Of a DNA stretch of 64,000 bases, positions 39,572 through 55,011 are shown one piece after another. The DNA lies in the NCBI RefSeq assembly GCF_009834535.1, contig NC_045697.1:47122001-47186000 (forward strand), in the 5' to 3' direction. A program made the translations under genes and the position numbers. Every line of letters begins with the position of its first letter. Position 1 is the stretch's first letter. The DNA is from Camelus ferus (lineage: Eukaryota). The notes below the pieces were generated by a model. That model did no database searches. It worked only from the letters and a program-made list of their open reading frames with translations, and was not told where the DNA came from.

Positions 39572-40469
39572 CTTGGAAGAAAAAATAAACATTTTCATTT
39601 TAGTTTTCATTTCAATCACAGAAAGCTTTATTTAAACACTACAGATATATTCTTAAACTTTAAAAGTCCTGACTGTGAAATACTATTTCTTTCACCTCAG
39701 ACCTATAAATTGTTCACATTTATTTGCCAGATCTAATCTGCAAATGTCACTGCGTATTACACAAATGTCACTTTCACATTTGTGTTCCACAGAAACCCTT
39801 GGGAAATAAACAGAACCTTATCATTATACCCACTTTACAAATGGGTGAACTCTGGGTATAAAGGATTATATTACACTTGTAAATCAATGAGTATTCCACA
39901 CTTTAGAAAAAGAAGCGAAGACCAAGCACCTGAGTAAGGAGCTGTTTTACACACTGCAGGTGATTTTCACAACCCTGCTTGTCAAGACTAGAAACAAGAG
40001 CAGAGGCTTCACTCATCTGTTTACACTCTATACATTTGGCTTACAATAAGGACTCATTAAACATTTGCTGAGTGAAAAGCTAAAAATCCAGGCAAATGTC
40101 AAATAAAGCTACTTCATTACTAGAAGTGTTAGTAATGACTTCCAGATTTAACTAAGAATGCATTACACTGACATAGTAAGAACTTCAAAAAACAAAAAGG
40201 TACCAACTTCCCTCTTTTTTCTTAGTGGGGTAGATTACGTTGTACACAAAGGAAACTCTTAAGAATATAAGTCAGGCCAGAATGATCTTCACAAAGTTGA
40301 GAATGGCTTAAAATCAGTGACTTTTCCAGACTTTTATTAAAATTAGCAGAGACTTGCCATATACTGTTAATCCAACATAGTTAAGTACAGTGTGCAGACA
40401 CTGGATACAATTCAAAGCCTTTGAATGGGTTTAGCAATTACCAACTCATTATCTTCCCTGGACTAGACA

Positions 40470-40630
40470 TCAGGTTTTATATTCATTATTTCTAATCCTC
40501 ATAATTACTATCCCTGTTTTACAGAAAAAGAAACAGACAATAAGTAACTTTCCAAAATATATAAAATCAGTCACTGATGAAGACAGAACTGAACCTGGTT
40601 CTCTCCATTTACAATGCCTATGCTCTTTGA
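40470..40630 (-). mobile_element. MIR SINE
   Basis: Reverse core: taatcctcataatt...tttacagaaaaagaaacaga...taagtaactttccaaa. Confidence 0.6.
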
Positions 40631-40961
40631 GCCAAGGTAGCCATACTTTCTCAGTTTGCAAAGTGCTTAATAGTTCAGTAATTTTTCATGACACCCCTGG
40701 CCCTACCTTCCCCCAAATCTAAAAGTCCTGTTTTTTTAGTAGTTAGACCCAACAAATGTATAATAGTAGTTTGTGCTATGTTAGACAAATGTTGCAGGTG
40801 TTTCTCTCAAAGATGCAAAATATCCTGCAGTACCCCCTCATCCACTGTAGCTCCCCAGAGCACCACAGGGCACAGTTTGGCAACTGTGACTTTGTATCAA
40901 AAATACTAATCACAAACATACTATTAGACCACCTGTCATGAAACAAGCAACAAGTGTGTAT

Positions 40962-40982
40962 ACACACACACACACACACACA
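40962..40982. repeat. (AC)n microsatellite about 60 nt past the exon 8 donor
   Basis: Direct reading. Confidence 0.9.
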
Positions 40983-41017
40983 TATTCACAAATGATAAAA
41001 ATAAGACTATAAATTCA

Positions 41018-41158
<141 letters not shown>

Positions 41159-44100
41159 TTAAAATGTTAAGAAGTTTCATTGAACACAGAAGCAATTAGG
41201 GGCACATTAAAAGAGTAAAATATACACATATATACTTTTTTCCATTCCAAGATCAGCGATGATTCCAGCAAACTTTGTTAACATTTATACAAAATATAAA
41301 AATTATTATCTTATATACCAACTTTAAAGAGACAAATCAGTCCTAGAAGAGTTCTGCATTAGAAATATAAATGATAAATATGAATATTCTTCTGAGATAT
41401 GACACACAAAAAAAGTGAGTTTAGTAAATACTGCGTAATTATTCAAGAAAGTTCCAAAGCCACAGTAGGGGTCCTTATTTTCACTATTACCTAAAATGCT
41501 AGTACTTAAGTGCACCTGAATCATTAAGAAAAGACTAAATTGCATGCATTATAATCTATTTAGTAAAATAGTATAAGACTGGCACTATAACCTTCCTAAA
41601 ACATGCTTTCTTCCCACAGTGATGCTAGCAATACTCATCGCAGTTCCATACTTCGACATGCTATGCACAGCATGTTCAGAAGCACAGGCATAGTTTTATG
41701 GTTCTATTACAAACAGATTTCAGATCAACCTTGTTGCTTGAGAGGCCTGACCTTTTTTCTAACCAAAATGACCACTACCATTTGTCTATTTCTTGGATAA
41801 CTTGTTAATTTACATTTTACAAGAAGGTTGACATTTATACTCCATCTATAACTGAAAAATCCATATTTTGTTAAGATATTCTCCATGATCTAATTCTGCT
41901 TCACTGATTAACTCTAAGTTCTTATCATATTCAAATAATTTTAAACCTATTTGCAATGTAAAATTTACAGTATGAATCAGATAATATTCTGAAATTTCCT
42001 AATAAAATTACATACAGAGATATCAAGGTATATAAACAGCTAAATTAAAATTATAAACCAAAATGAATTAAATCTGCCTTTCAAACTCAAGTAATATTTG
42101 AACAAACACTGTGTAATACATCTCCAACAGCACGATAAATTAATTTGGTTAAGAACATGGTTGTTTGGCAAGTGACACTAAACACAAACTTAAAAATTTA
42201 CTTTGGAGATTCTGAACTCAGTTTTATTATGTTCTGCATGTCACTTGATTTTATATATTTTAAAAAGCTAACATATATCACTCATAAAATTGACTTATTA
42301 TTTTATCACCATTGTTAGATGGAAATAACTCAAAACACTGAATTCTAATGTTTATTGGTTTATATTCAACCTCACTCCAGAAAAGATTTGAGAAATCTAC
42401 AAGATTTGTTTTATCCTCCAGAATCGTATTTTATCTTGATACCAACAAATATTCAATGTGTTAAAAGGAACAACAGTACATGATATAGGCATAAATTTAA
42501 ACAGGCTTTTAACAACAAACACTTATTCATTTAATTTTCAAAAATCAAACAAATCACAAAAACTTTATCAAAGTCACAAACTTAAAATTCTACTTTTCTA
42601 ACAATTAAGTTTATTTGGTCTTTAAAATCTAATTTCACCGGTAGCTAATTATAAATATGTATTCCTCCACAGGACTTAAAGTGACATGCAAAACTATAAG
42701 ATTTTTTAAATATGTGAGAAAATTAAGACCAATGAAAAATAGTGGCTAAGGAAAAATAAAACAAAACAAAAACCTGGGTAACGATGTCAGTAAAGAAATC
42801 GCATATGTTTGGTCTTAAAAACGCACGCCAAAAATTGAGCACTCTGCTTTCTTGCCATCAACACAAGTAGGGTGACATGATCCATTACGTTAATCACAGT
42901 GTCCTTAATGCAAAGACAAACCAGGTGCTAAGAAAAAGCACTATTCCTGATGCTGAAAGCAGAGTCCATTCTCCTTTGCATCTTTCTAAAGATGGCTCAC
43001 TCTGAGTGAAAAATATCCTTAAGGAATCACAATCAGTAACACAGGGTCGGGTCTTACACACTCCTTCCATGTGGACCAGTGACATACCACCTACATGCAG
43101 CTCAGTAGAAGAAATTCTACAGGAGCAGAGAATACTGCAGGACGAAGATCCACTTCTCTGGCCTGGCTTAATCTAGGAAAAGCTTTTGAAGTGTCTAGAC
43201 AGGAAGAGAATGATTCTTCAGGTAATGCTATACTTTTTTCCTTTTATAGTAGATGAGAAGCATTGAAGGGAAATGAAAAATTTGAGATTTTATGTTCTCT
43301 GATCGACATCTGTAGAGGTAATTCTCTCTCTCAAGTTAAGAATAGCACAACATCCCCTAATGATTAGGTAACCAGGCTGTGGGTAGAATTGATATCATCT
43401 TGTAAGGAAACAAAAAGACTTCTAACTACCCTGGCACGTGTTTCCACGTGGGAAGACATTTTCCGGGAGCAGTTTAGTTTGTCTGACTGTACTGACCCCA
43501 TTTATGTGGCATAAAATCTGCCTAAAAGGTCATGACTAGCATTTATTTTAATAAAGTAGAACAGAAAATATTACAGTGCATTATACCGTAAGTATAAGCA
43601 AAGTTTCAAGACATTTGTTTCACATGTGTGTGCGTGTATGTACCAGGTCATCACTAAAATGTATTTTTTATTACGGATCACAGTCAAGTAGTTTTAAAAA
43701 CCACTGTGCTAGCGACCTCTGTTACTATAGTGCATTCCTCTCCAAGGAAAGACAGTGATTTGTCTAATTTAGACTAGAAAAAAATAAGCACCCACAGGTG
43801 TCCATCTCTGCTGCTTTCTTTCAGAACAGTTTATTCTCAGGACATGTGTGTTCTCTGCAGAACCACGTTTTGCAAGTGGCCTGCTTCTGTGGAAGAAGTC
43901 TATGGCTTTCCGGCATTGTCTATGACTGGATGTGAGTATATTTGGGAGTTGAATATACATTAACAGGCCCATTTGGCTTCAGATCCAAATTCTGTTTTGC
44001 AATCCGCTTTATCAGTACTTATTTTGTCATTTTATCTGATGCGATCCTGTGCCCTATCTCTGCTTTGGTTCTAAATTCAAAATATGAAGAAGCAGTAACC

Positions 44101-45819
44101 CACAGTAGGACACAGCTACATTTTTATCTCTGAATATTTTACATTTAATATTATCAGCCACTTAAAAGGAAAAGGAAACAATTCAATGAGACATCATTAA
44201 AGCACTTAATAATGTAATTTCCCAAACTCTCCAAAAGAATGCATTGCAAAATGTACTCTTAGATTACTGAATCATGTAACCTGGAGTGTAACGGTATCAG
44301 TTCCAACCCAGCTAAATACTGAAGCATATCCTCCAATAATGACAACTTCAGTTTTTAAGGAGGTGACCCAAAGCCATTTTCTCTCACAATAATTAAACGT
44401 TAAGTTTAGTGTTTTATTAACTCCTACTTCATGACAATAAAACAGTATCACCTACAAAAATACACTCTTAAGTGGAAGAATCAAGGAATATGTGAGTCTA
44501 ATTCATCCAAAAGTGAATCAAGTGATTTAAGTTTTAAAAAAGGCAGAGAAGCTAGAATACACCCTTGTTTTCTCAACTTAGAAGGATCACGCGAATCATC
44601 AAGACCATTCCCACTGACCTTGTTCTACTACAAATATAAAACCGACTTTTAAGAAGTTGGCCACATAGAAACACAAGGGTATTTCTCTGCTCCTCCCAAC
44701 TGTGTGATTCTTTCTATTGACACAAACGCACTAATACAACCTGAGAACACAAAACAGCCTCAACATTGACGGTTGTATATGATTAAACCACCACAGTATT
44801 TCCAACTGATTAAAAACCACTTGTGTCCAAGGCAGCTGAACTAATTACGCTTATTCTGGTTTTGCGACATCCATGCACATTCCAACACAAAGAGCAGCTA
44901 AGGCGCAGCTCAGCAGGGGCCATGTTAAACACGGCTTCATCAAGAACTCACACCAAAAATTAAGTGAAGTAGTTCCCATTCAAGTTACATAAAAGGATGG
45001 GCCCATGCCTGGGCCTAAGTAAAAGTTAAACCAGCACCTCTAATCTAACGTTTCAACAAAATTATTAGGAAAATACTTTGGACAGAAGTCTCAAAACAAC
45101 GTTCCTGCTTAAAAACTTTTAAAATTTTTTCCTTCCACAAAGACATCTTTTGTCTCCCACAGACTTCCAGTTACCACAATTATAGTAATTTGCCTGAAAA
45201 GAGAATACCCACTCTAATTTTGTAACCATAAATACTTCGAGCATTAACGTGTTATATTTGTCTGTGGACCTATGAAGAGTATTACAGAAAACTTGTATGT
45301 TAGGCGTATGTATTCTATAGACCTTATTCCATAAACTATTGAAGTCAAACCAAATTCAACAGCTAATAATAAACACGTTCAATCATAACTAAAAGACTAA
45401 GTGGCACTATTAATATGCCAGGATAGTCTATCTGGGATAGTTCTGGTAGCTGTTCCTAGAAGTTATTGATCACAGCCCTCTCTCTACACCTCCCCAAGTG
45501 GTAACCCCAAGAGCCAAGGACTGAAAACCTCCAGGGAAACCCTATCTTAAACTCTGATTTCTTTTCAAAACTACATTAAAATGTCCGAGATTTAAAAATA
45601 CATATATATAGGATATAGTGGATGAGGGCGTAAATGAAACAAGATGGGCCACGAGCTGATAATAACTGAAGCTGGGCAGCAGGTACATGATAATCCACTG
45701 CACTTTTCTGCTTGTATTTCTAAATATTTTTTAACTTCCATAATAAATTTTCAGTGAATACAAACAAGCAAACAAGTTCCCGGTTTCCCAAAGAAAACAG
45801 GTATTAAAGTAAATTTATT

Positions 45820-46111
45820 TACTATCATAAAGACAAGAAAAACAAGTATTGGTAGGATACGGAAAAAAGGGAATCCATGTGCACTACTGGTGGGAATGAA
45901 AATTGGCGCAGCCACTATGGAAAACATATAACCCATCAAGTCTACTTCTGAGTATGTATCTGAAGGAAATAAAAGCACAAACTCAGAAAGATATCTATAC
46001 CCTCATGTTCACTGAAGCATTATTTATAGTAGCCAAGACATGGAAGCAACCTAAGTGTCCATCAATGGATGAATGGATAAATAAAATGTGAAAAATACAT
46101 ACACACACAGT

Positions 46112-46178
<67 letters not shown>

Positions 46179-46670
46179 ATATTATTCAGCCATTAAAAGA
46201 GAAGGAAATCTTCCTATTTTTACACCATGAATGAACATGAGGACAGTATACTAAGTGAAATAAGTCAGACAGAGAAGGACAAATACCAACTGATCTACTT
46301 AAAAAAACAAAACATACAGATACAGAGAACAGACTGGTGGTTGTGAGAGGTAGGAGGTGTTGGATGGGCAAAACAGGTGTAGGTGCTCGAAAGGTAACAA
46401 ACTTCCAGTTATAAAATAAGTAAGTCCCAGGGATGTAATGTACAGCATGATGACTACAGCTAATCATACTGTATTGTATATTGTATATTTCAAAGTTGCT
46501 AAGACAGTAGATCTTAAGAGTTCTCATCACAAGGGAAAACAATGTGTAACTATGTGAGGTGATAGATGTTTACTAGACCTACTGTGGTGATTATTTCACA
46601 ATATTACATCAAATCATTTCACTGCACACCTGAAACTATGTAATGTTATACGTCAATTATATTTCAATTA
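45820..46670 (+). mobile_element. L1MA-type ORF2 end plus 3'UTR, with inserted microsatellite
   Basis: Translates to ORF2 C-terminus-like FIVAKTWKQPKCPSMDEWINKM; ends cacctgaaact...gtcaattatatttcaattaaa. Confidence 0.9.
46112..46176. repeat. Compound (GACA)n(AC)n microsatellite within L1
   Basis: Direct reading. Confidence 0.92.
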
Positions 46671-49600
46671 AATACGTAAATATTTAAACCTAATAGAAGA
46701 GCTGCTAAGATCTAGGACATAGAACCATAAAGCAACAGTAAGTCAGCAGACCCAAAGCAAAAAGACAAAACAAAACAAAGTCTTCTCCGTTGTTCAGTAT
46801 GAATCACTATTTAGAGGTGAGAAAAATAATCTTAGTAGTTACACTTAACAGTATGCTCTGGAATATATGATAACTTCTGGCAAATCTTTGATATACACCA
46901 TTAACCTGCAAATTCAAGTTTGGCTTCAAGGTATCCAAAGAAATCTCTGCAGGGAAAGTACATCCTAATGAGTATCTGACAGTAGATGCCCTGACCTTCA
47001 CCCAGAAAATCAGAAATCAGGCTAGCTCAGGAAGAAGAAGAAAGACATCAGTAGTGGTGGTAGTTACTGCAGAAGTAATGATGGCAGCATTAAAGGCCGT
47101 CTCTCACCAAGTACTTAGACACGCTAAGAAGCTTTTTTCATAATTCATTTTATTTTCACAATAACCCTAAGAGGGAGGTAATTTTAATATGCTCATTTTA
47201 GAAATAAAACTGAAGTAAATGGAGCTGCCCAACATTCTGTACCAACTAAGGGACAAGGGAGATGCAAGTCCAGGCCCTTTGGCACCAGAGGCCTGATTCT
47301 TAATCTCCACAATGTACTTCCTTAACCACCATGACAGAAGCTAAAAGCAAGGTGAAGCAGCCAGCCTTCTGTTCACTCATCATAACTCTTTGGTATTCCT
47401 GTTAGTTATGCTTCTCATTCTCCTCTGAACGTTCTCCAGTTCAACTCTTAGGCCCATAAATGTAAAGTGCTTCTCTCCTCACTGTCCACCACCATCCACC
47501 TCCATTACTTACTTGTCTATTGAAAAAGTTAACAGAAGCTAATAAGAAAAATTCTAAATAATTGCTACTTTTAAGAAGAAAAGTCTGCAGAAAATTAATA
47601 AACTGAACATTATGGACAGTAGGTAATAATACCCTTGACCAAACTGGTGATAATCAAAACTGCATTCAAATACTTATATAACCACAAACCATGTAGTTTT
47701 AACAAAGGTTAAGCAAAGCTATTTCATTCTCCAAAATCTTGAGTCACATAAAATAGATGCAAGCAGCATTAGAGAAACTATTAAGACTAAAAAGATATGT
47801 CTTTTTAATGCTTTATCTCATATATAAATGTGGGAGCAACTACACTGCATGAATAGATAACTGCCAATAAAAAGTTTCACTTTCAAAAACTATGCACACA
47901 GGTATGCAACCTCTGGTTTTCTGAAGGTAGGATTTATTTGAAAGCAATGTAAATCACCAATTACTTTATTACAAAAGTGGATACAGAAACCTAAATTAAA
48001 TGGTGGGAAACAGGCAAGGTCACATGTGAAAAATGCAAAGAATAAAACTGCAAAGAATCTAAATGTTTCCTAAAAAATATTACATTACAGATAAGTATGT
48101 TCTGGTTTTCAAAAATCTCTATATTGTTAAGTTTTTACTACTCAAGATAATATCTAAAAAGTAAAATCCACAAAGGCCCTATGACAGGAGATAAAATACC
48201 AACATTTACTTGAAGGCTTTTATTTTATTCAACCTTGTTTTTCCATTTCTGCTTAGCTCTCAGAGGTAAGTTCAAAGACATTAACACACGGTTGAATTTA
48301 TACTAACATTGATAAAAACTAAAATCTGTACATTTATCAACAAGTAAAGCAAGCATGCGATGCCCTGTAAAGCATCAGTGAACTAGAGCCCAGTTAGATC
48401 CTGAAGTTATCAGCAGTTGTTTAGCTTTCCCACCTTCCCATTATATACAAACACATACCCACACACACACATACAGAGAAGGGGGAAAGAAAAACCTAAC
48501 ACAAGAACAAAAGATCTTATTACTATAAGCAAATTAAATCACGAGTCAGGGTATATTTACTGCCCAGTCTCTCATACAATACTGTCCAATGAGAATACTA
48601 AGTTTCTAAGACACTGCAAGATCCTCAATAAAAATCATCAGCCTAACTGTGATTAAAATGTTATACTTAACAGCATAATAGTGTCACAGTTACAATGATT
48701 TACAACAAAGGGCTTCAATAAATATCCACATGGATAACCTTCTAAACTTCAATTAGCCAGAACACTCAACAGCCAAAGTAAATCCCTCAATCCACTTTTT
48801 GAGCATTCCCCTTGATCAGAGTTCTTTCATGCTTTTGATGTCCTAGATTCTGGACAATGAAGGAAGAAAGCAGCTGGATAAGAGCAGCTTATGGGTCTGA
48901 TGTTTATGCAAATATATTCTAAAGGTAGGTTTGCTCTTTAAAAAAAAATTCACATTCTGCAAAATGGCAGGCTAAAAGTAACAGGGCTCATGGGGAAAAG
49001 AGAGTTGGGACAAACCAATGAAAAACCATACAGCTCTGTCACTAGCACACTGACAAGAACAGTCATTGGCACCTGGGAAGGTAACTTGGACTCCCCAGGC
49101 AGGTAGCTTAATTTGGCTGAAAGCTGCCACAAGGGCATAAAAACACATCAAAACAAGGTTAGGAGGCTCTCAATCAATAAAGATAAAGGTACAACTCTGA
49201 GACAACGGAGATGACATTCAGGGGGCCATCCACTAGTAGAGAGCCACACAAATACTGACAGGTAGCACTCTCTGGGAAGAAAATCCCCAGGTACAAGCAC
49301 CATATTCAATGTCCTCCAATTACAGTTGAACGTCTTCGTGCTGGCAGTGCAGCAGCCAAGCTCGGGGCTATTTCCTTTCCCTGCAAGTTATACCATCATC
49401 TTCCCCACTCCATTACTCTGCTTCCCCTTGCCTAGGAAAAACATTTCACATGAGGCAGTGTAATTTTTGTGTTCAACTGACATAACTCTCTAATTTCCAA
49501 CAGGATGAGCAAATCCACATTACAGATGTAAAAAGACTGTGCTTTAAGTAAATTTGCAAAGTGAGGCTAGATATCCTTTTATGCTCCATCTTCTTTTGAC

Positions 49601-50754
49601 TATTTTTCTTTTGGAGTGTTTGCCCTTTTCTTTTTGAGCTTCATAAACTACAAAAGATAGCCATTTGTCAAGTGTGTAACAAATTTTTTTTCCCATTTAT
49701 CATTTGACTCTATGCTAGGGTTCATGGTTTGAAGGGACTTTCAATGGTTTAAATTTATATATTAATGGATTCATCTTTTTTTTTCTAGCTCCTGAGATTA
49801 AAAGCCTAGTTTATATATTACCTATTCCAGTGTTATAAGTGAATTTATATCTATTTTCTTCAAGTATATTTACATTTTATTTTTCACATTTAAGTCTCTG
49901 ATTTATCTGAAATTTTAGTATAATGTTCAAGGTAGAGATTCAGCCTTATTTTTTTGTCTACACATAGATAATAAACTTTTGCATTTCCATCTGTTTTCCC
50001 CACTAAATTGAATTGTCATCTTTATCATACAAAACCTCAAATATATTTCGACTGACCTTCTTTTCTACTGCATTGATCTCTGTGGCTGGAGGCTATGACA
50101 GAGGATGTTTAAAATGGAGAAAACATAGCAATGCTAGAAACACTTTAATTAAAACAGTACTGAGCAGTGCTATTTAAATATTGCAGCTTGCTAACATAGT
50201 TTAATATCTAATGGTCCTCCCCCTCCCCCAAATCATCTTTTTCAGAAATTTTACCATGAGCATATATAAAAAATTAAATTATAATATCTATCAAAAGGAA
50301 AGGAAAAACTCTCAAAGGAGTTTGGAAGGAATACTGAAGTATTCTTTTGGAATCAAAGGCCCACAGGATTATTCTTTCTGATACTACACTTAGGGGGCTT
50401 TCCAATTTTATAATCAATACAGAATAAATATTGAAAAGGGTGGCAATATAAACTTCAATCTAAGATTGTCAATACTTTGATCTGAAGAAGCAATAGATCT
50501 GTATATTTAAACTTCAAAAGTACAAAGACTGAATAATTAAATGTTATGGTGTAAGTTTTTCCAGAAATTCCAGTTTCACTAATTATATAATATCTATGTT
50601 CTATAAAAGCTTATCTAGAGTTTAAAAATGCCCATGTACTAATCAGTAATTAGGCAGCTCTCATTTCTATAAAAGCCTTATAAATATCTTTTTAAATGTA
50701 TTTCTTCACTATAGTTTCACAAAATTATAACATAAAATTAAAAGACTAGGTTTA

Positions 50755-50875
50755 ATATGTGTGTATATTATATGTATGTATGTATATGTGTAACTGAATC
50801 ACTTGGCTGTACACCTGAAACATTGTGAATCAACTACACTTCAATAAAAAATTAAATCTTTTAAAAAAGAAAAGG
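50755..50875 (+). mobile_element. L1 3' tail fragment
   Basis: taactgaatcacttggctgtacacctgaaacattgtgaatcaactacacttcaataaaaa. Confidence 0.8.
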
Positions 50876-50921
50876 AATGGAAACAGCAAGCCGTTAAGTA
50901 CAGTATCTTACAATTTTTTCA

Positions 50922-51098
<177 letters not shown>

Positions 51099-51474
51099 TC
51101 ATCAGAGCTCAAGTATCAACTTAACCACAAGACCCAAAAATAAGCCACAATCAAAAACTTAATATATTATTTAAAAAAACAAAAGCCTTATGTTTCTTTT
51201 CAATCCTTTCAACTTAAGTTGAAACAAATTAATGTGCTTAATTTTTTAAAAGACACTTAACTGTATCATTCCCATATTTTTCTATCACATCTGTAGCTAG
51301 TTGGCTGAATTAAGGTTATCATCGAACTCTAGATCATGAATGGTATAATTAAAACTAAAAGTGGTTGGTTCCTTCTGGGGAAAAAATTACACTTTCATTT
51401 CTTCCACAAGGAAAATATATATTTAGTACATAACTAGCTTATAATAACCAATAAAGTAAGCACAAGGTTCCTCC

Positions 51475-51545
51475 TAGAAGCATCTTTTTTTTTTAACATT
51501 TTTTATTGATTTATAATCATTTTACAATGTTAGAAGCATCTTTTT
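51475..51545 (-). mobile_element. Severely truncated young L1 tail with perfect 15-bp TSD
   Basis: tagaagcatcttttt at 51475-51489 and 51531-51545 around a 41-bp insert with AATAAA and poly(A) on minus strand. Confidence 0.85.
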
Positions 51546-54500
51546 AAAACTTCACTATAAAGCATGTCTTAAATTCCTGAAATTCCAAATATGAGTTAGC
51601 CAGCACAGTTATATTTATCAGACAACCATCAATACATTTTCACTGATCATTCGTAAGTACATGTCATTATTTCATAGTATAAAAATAGTTTTATATTTCT
51701 GTGTATAATCCTATAATTTTTATTCTACATTATACTAATCATATTTGTACCTGGGTAATCTATATAAAATTCAAAAGGGGAGGGCTCTGTCTGCTTCACT
51801 TGCATGGATTCATAAACATCACAGCACCAGCAAATCTACTTGCTGACAATGAAGACAAAACACCCTAAAACACAACTTGCATCTGGAAAAGTAGCATAGG
51901 AAATATTTAGCTAAGCTGCTAATAGCTCAAACCTGAGAAGCAGTAATAAAAAGTGATTTTTGCTCAAGAAATCATATTGTCACAAGAAGTCACCTACAAG
52001 CCTTAAGAGTATAAAGAGCATTTCTAATTCTAAACAGATGGTATAAAATTATCCAATAGTTACTACACAATTACATCAGCAATACTGAAATTTGGGCAAT
52101 CTAAAATTTAGAAAATCAGCATTCTTCTGTTGGATTTTCTCCACACATCAACTTAGCAAACCTAATTAACAAATACACTAGCTTTATAACTACTATGAAG
52201 ATTACAATAGGCAGAAACACCTTTGTGAGTTTAACAATATTAATTTATAAAACATTATCTTCAATATTATAACAGACTTCCAATGAAAAAAGTTTAAAGA
52301 CTCTAGAAATTTCAATGTATTAGTTCAAAATCATTACTTAGTTATTTACTATATAACTAACAAAACTGTAAAGATTCTGAATAGAAATAACCAATTCAAT
52401 GTGGCTTAAAAATTTTTGATGCTTTTTTATATAAGAAAGATATTTTCAGCATTTGTGCAGCAAATTGAGCATAAGGCTTCCTTAACAGCACTAAAAACTG
52501 TATTATTAATGGTGTAATATCTGCATTAAATTACACCTTTCTTCTGCGCACATGACAGTTAGGAAAAAGAGGTCTGCATTTTAGCCGGTTTTATCTTGTC
52601 AATCAAACCTTTAGTAATGTGTCTTTTGTTAGAGTAAATGTTGTGGGAGTTCCCAGACAACAATTTTAGATAGCAATGCCAGTATACTTAAAAAACATAA
52701 ATCTAAAATACTCTGCTTCACATAATGTGAACACAATGAGGTGTCCTAATTTTTTCACACCAAAGGCATTTCCCTCTTTATCCATTTGATACAATGAGAA
52801 CCGTTCAAGAAACAGGGGGGAGCAAATGACCTCATTTTGAAGGCTGAGTATCGCTATCTTCAGTTTTCCTCACTGAAAGGTAACATGAAGCACCTCTCAC
52901 TGAATTTCCTAATGCTCAATAAAATCAGCATGCTATTTCTCAGGATAAAAACAACCTACAATGGAAACTTCAAAGCAAAAAACAATTTTTTTCCCAAAAT
53001 ATATATGCTAAATGAACACTTTAACCTCAATATTGTAACTATCTGAATCAGCATTATCTTGAAATAAGATCAGAAATATAATACTTAACCAATATGAATT
53101 GAATTTTTTTCTGGATATTCTTGAAGTCACACCTAAAATGTTGCAGCATTTCACCTGAGCTAAGACAAGCATGAAAATGGCATCATGGAAATTAAAATTC
53201 TATCTCTGGTAACAATATAAACATAGATTCTGTTTTCTGATTATTTTTCTGGCTTTTTTATCTTTGAGTATCTGTCATCCCACAGCTATACGCAGTTACC
53301 TATTATAGAAATACTGCCCCATACACTAATCTGTGAACGATATAAATTTTAAACTTAATGCTGACAATTTAGTATGCTGCCTGGCATGCATTCTAAGCCT
53401 TGTGAAAAATGAACAACAACAAGAGATTCCCTGCTTTCTGTTAAGATATTGGATAACAACAATCAATCGTGCTTAGAGACCAAGGTTTTTTTTTTTTTTT
53501 TTTTTAATCAACCCTTGATTTCAAAACAGCAGTCAAGCTATGATGTCTGTTGCTTCCTCTGCTGTTGAAATACTTTTAGGTAATATGGATTTCAACATTA
53601 GTCACAAAATTAGGCCAGAAAAGACTTCCACAATCACCTTTTCTAATACCTTTATTTTATAAATTAAGATCCAATTGAATTTGCTTTCTACATTATACTG
53701 TAAGCCATTTGCTGTAAGCTATTTAATGAGTCAAATGTTAGTGCTAAGGAGAGCAAAATGAATTTGAGTCATACCAGCTGGTGATCTATAAGCAGTATCA
53801 AATTAACTAAATCAAACTTATTCATGGTTTGATTCAATTACGTACACTAACACAAGATTTAAGAGTCACTGGTGAAAAGGGTATATTATATAAACAGATG
53901 AAAAGATATTATAAATCCTTTTTTTTTAATTATCTTGCAAGAATCTCTGGTATCCCAACCTCCATAATAGAAGGCCAGGTGAGGAGCACCGAGGAGATAT
54001 TCATTTGGTTTCACATATTATGCTCGAATACTTTCTAAACAGTATGCTTAAAAAACAAAATAAACATGACTGTTCTCGTAAAATCCAAAACTATTTTAAA
54101 AGGAATATTTTTCCTCTATACCTCATATGGTCACTAGTAGTAGATATGGTTGACTACTTGTTGAATTTAAATGAATTCACATTTTAAACAGAGTTTCCTG
54201 CTAGTTTATTAAATATAGCCAAAACATATTTTACTCATGAAGTAACTTTTAAAAAGGTATTAACACTCTAACATAAAGTTCAACTATATAAAGACATTAT
54301 CTATCTCAATAGTCCAACCCAGATTTATATACTAAATGATAAAGAACCTCAATATATAGAGGTTAGTCAATGATATGCTTATAAGTTTGAAAAAGTTTTA
54401 CTCAAGTTAGTTTCCATTAAAAAGATCCTAAAAACTCCAGAAAATTATCAGCATTATTACTTAAGAGTTGTGTCCAGCTTTTCCATACTGTGATCAACCA

Positions 54501-54747
54501 AAACTGCACTCCAATCAAAAAAAAAGTTAACCATCATATATAATCTAAATTCTAAAAAAAAAAAAAAAAGCTGTTAAAAAAGTTAGATTATCTGGAAATC
54601 CCTTATTTGCTTTTTTTTTATACCTAAGCCTTCCATCTCAGGATTAAGAAGATAAAATGTGCTATTATTTTTCTTCTATCCACCACTGTCTTCTACTCAA
54701 TAGGAAATACTTTGTGGGGGCAAGGGGAAAATAATCAATTGAACTCA

Positions 54748-55011
<264 letters not shown>

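Noticed and set aside
45903..46091. ORF with KTWKQPKCPSMDEWINKM (similar ORF at 58724-58930)
   Set aside because: Truncated L1 ORF2 C-terminal remnants, not host genes
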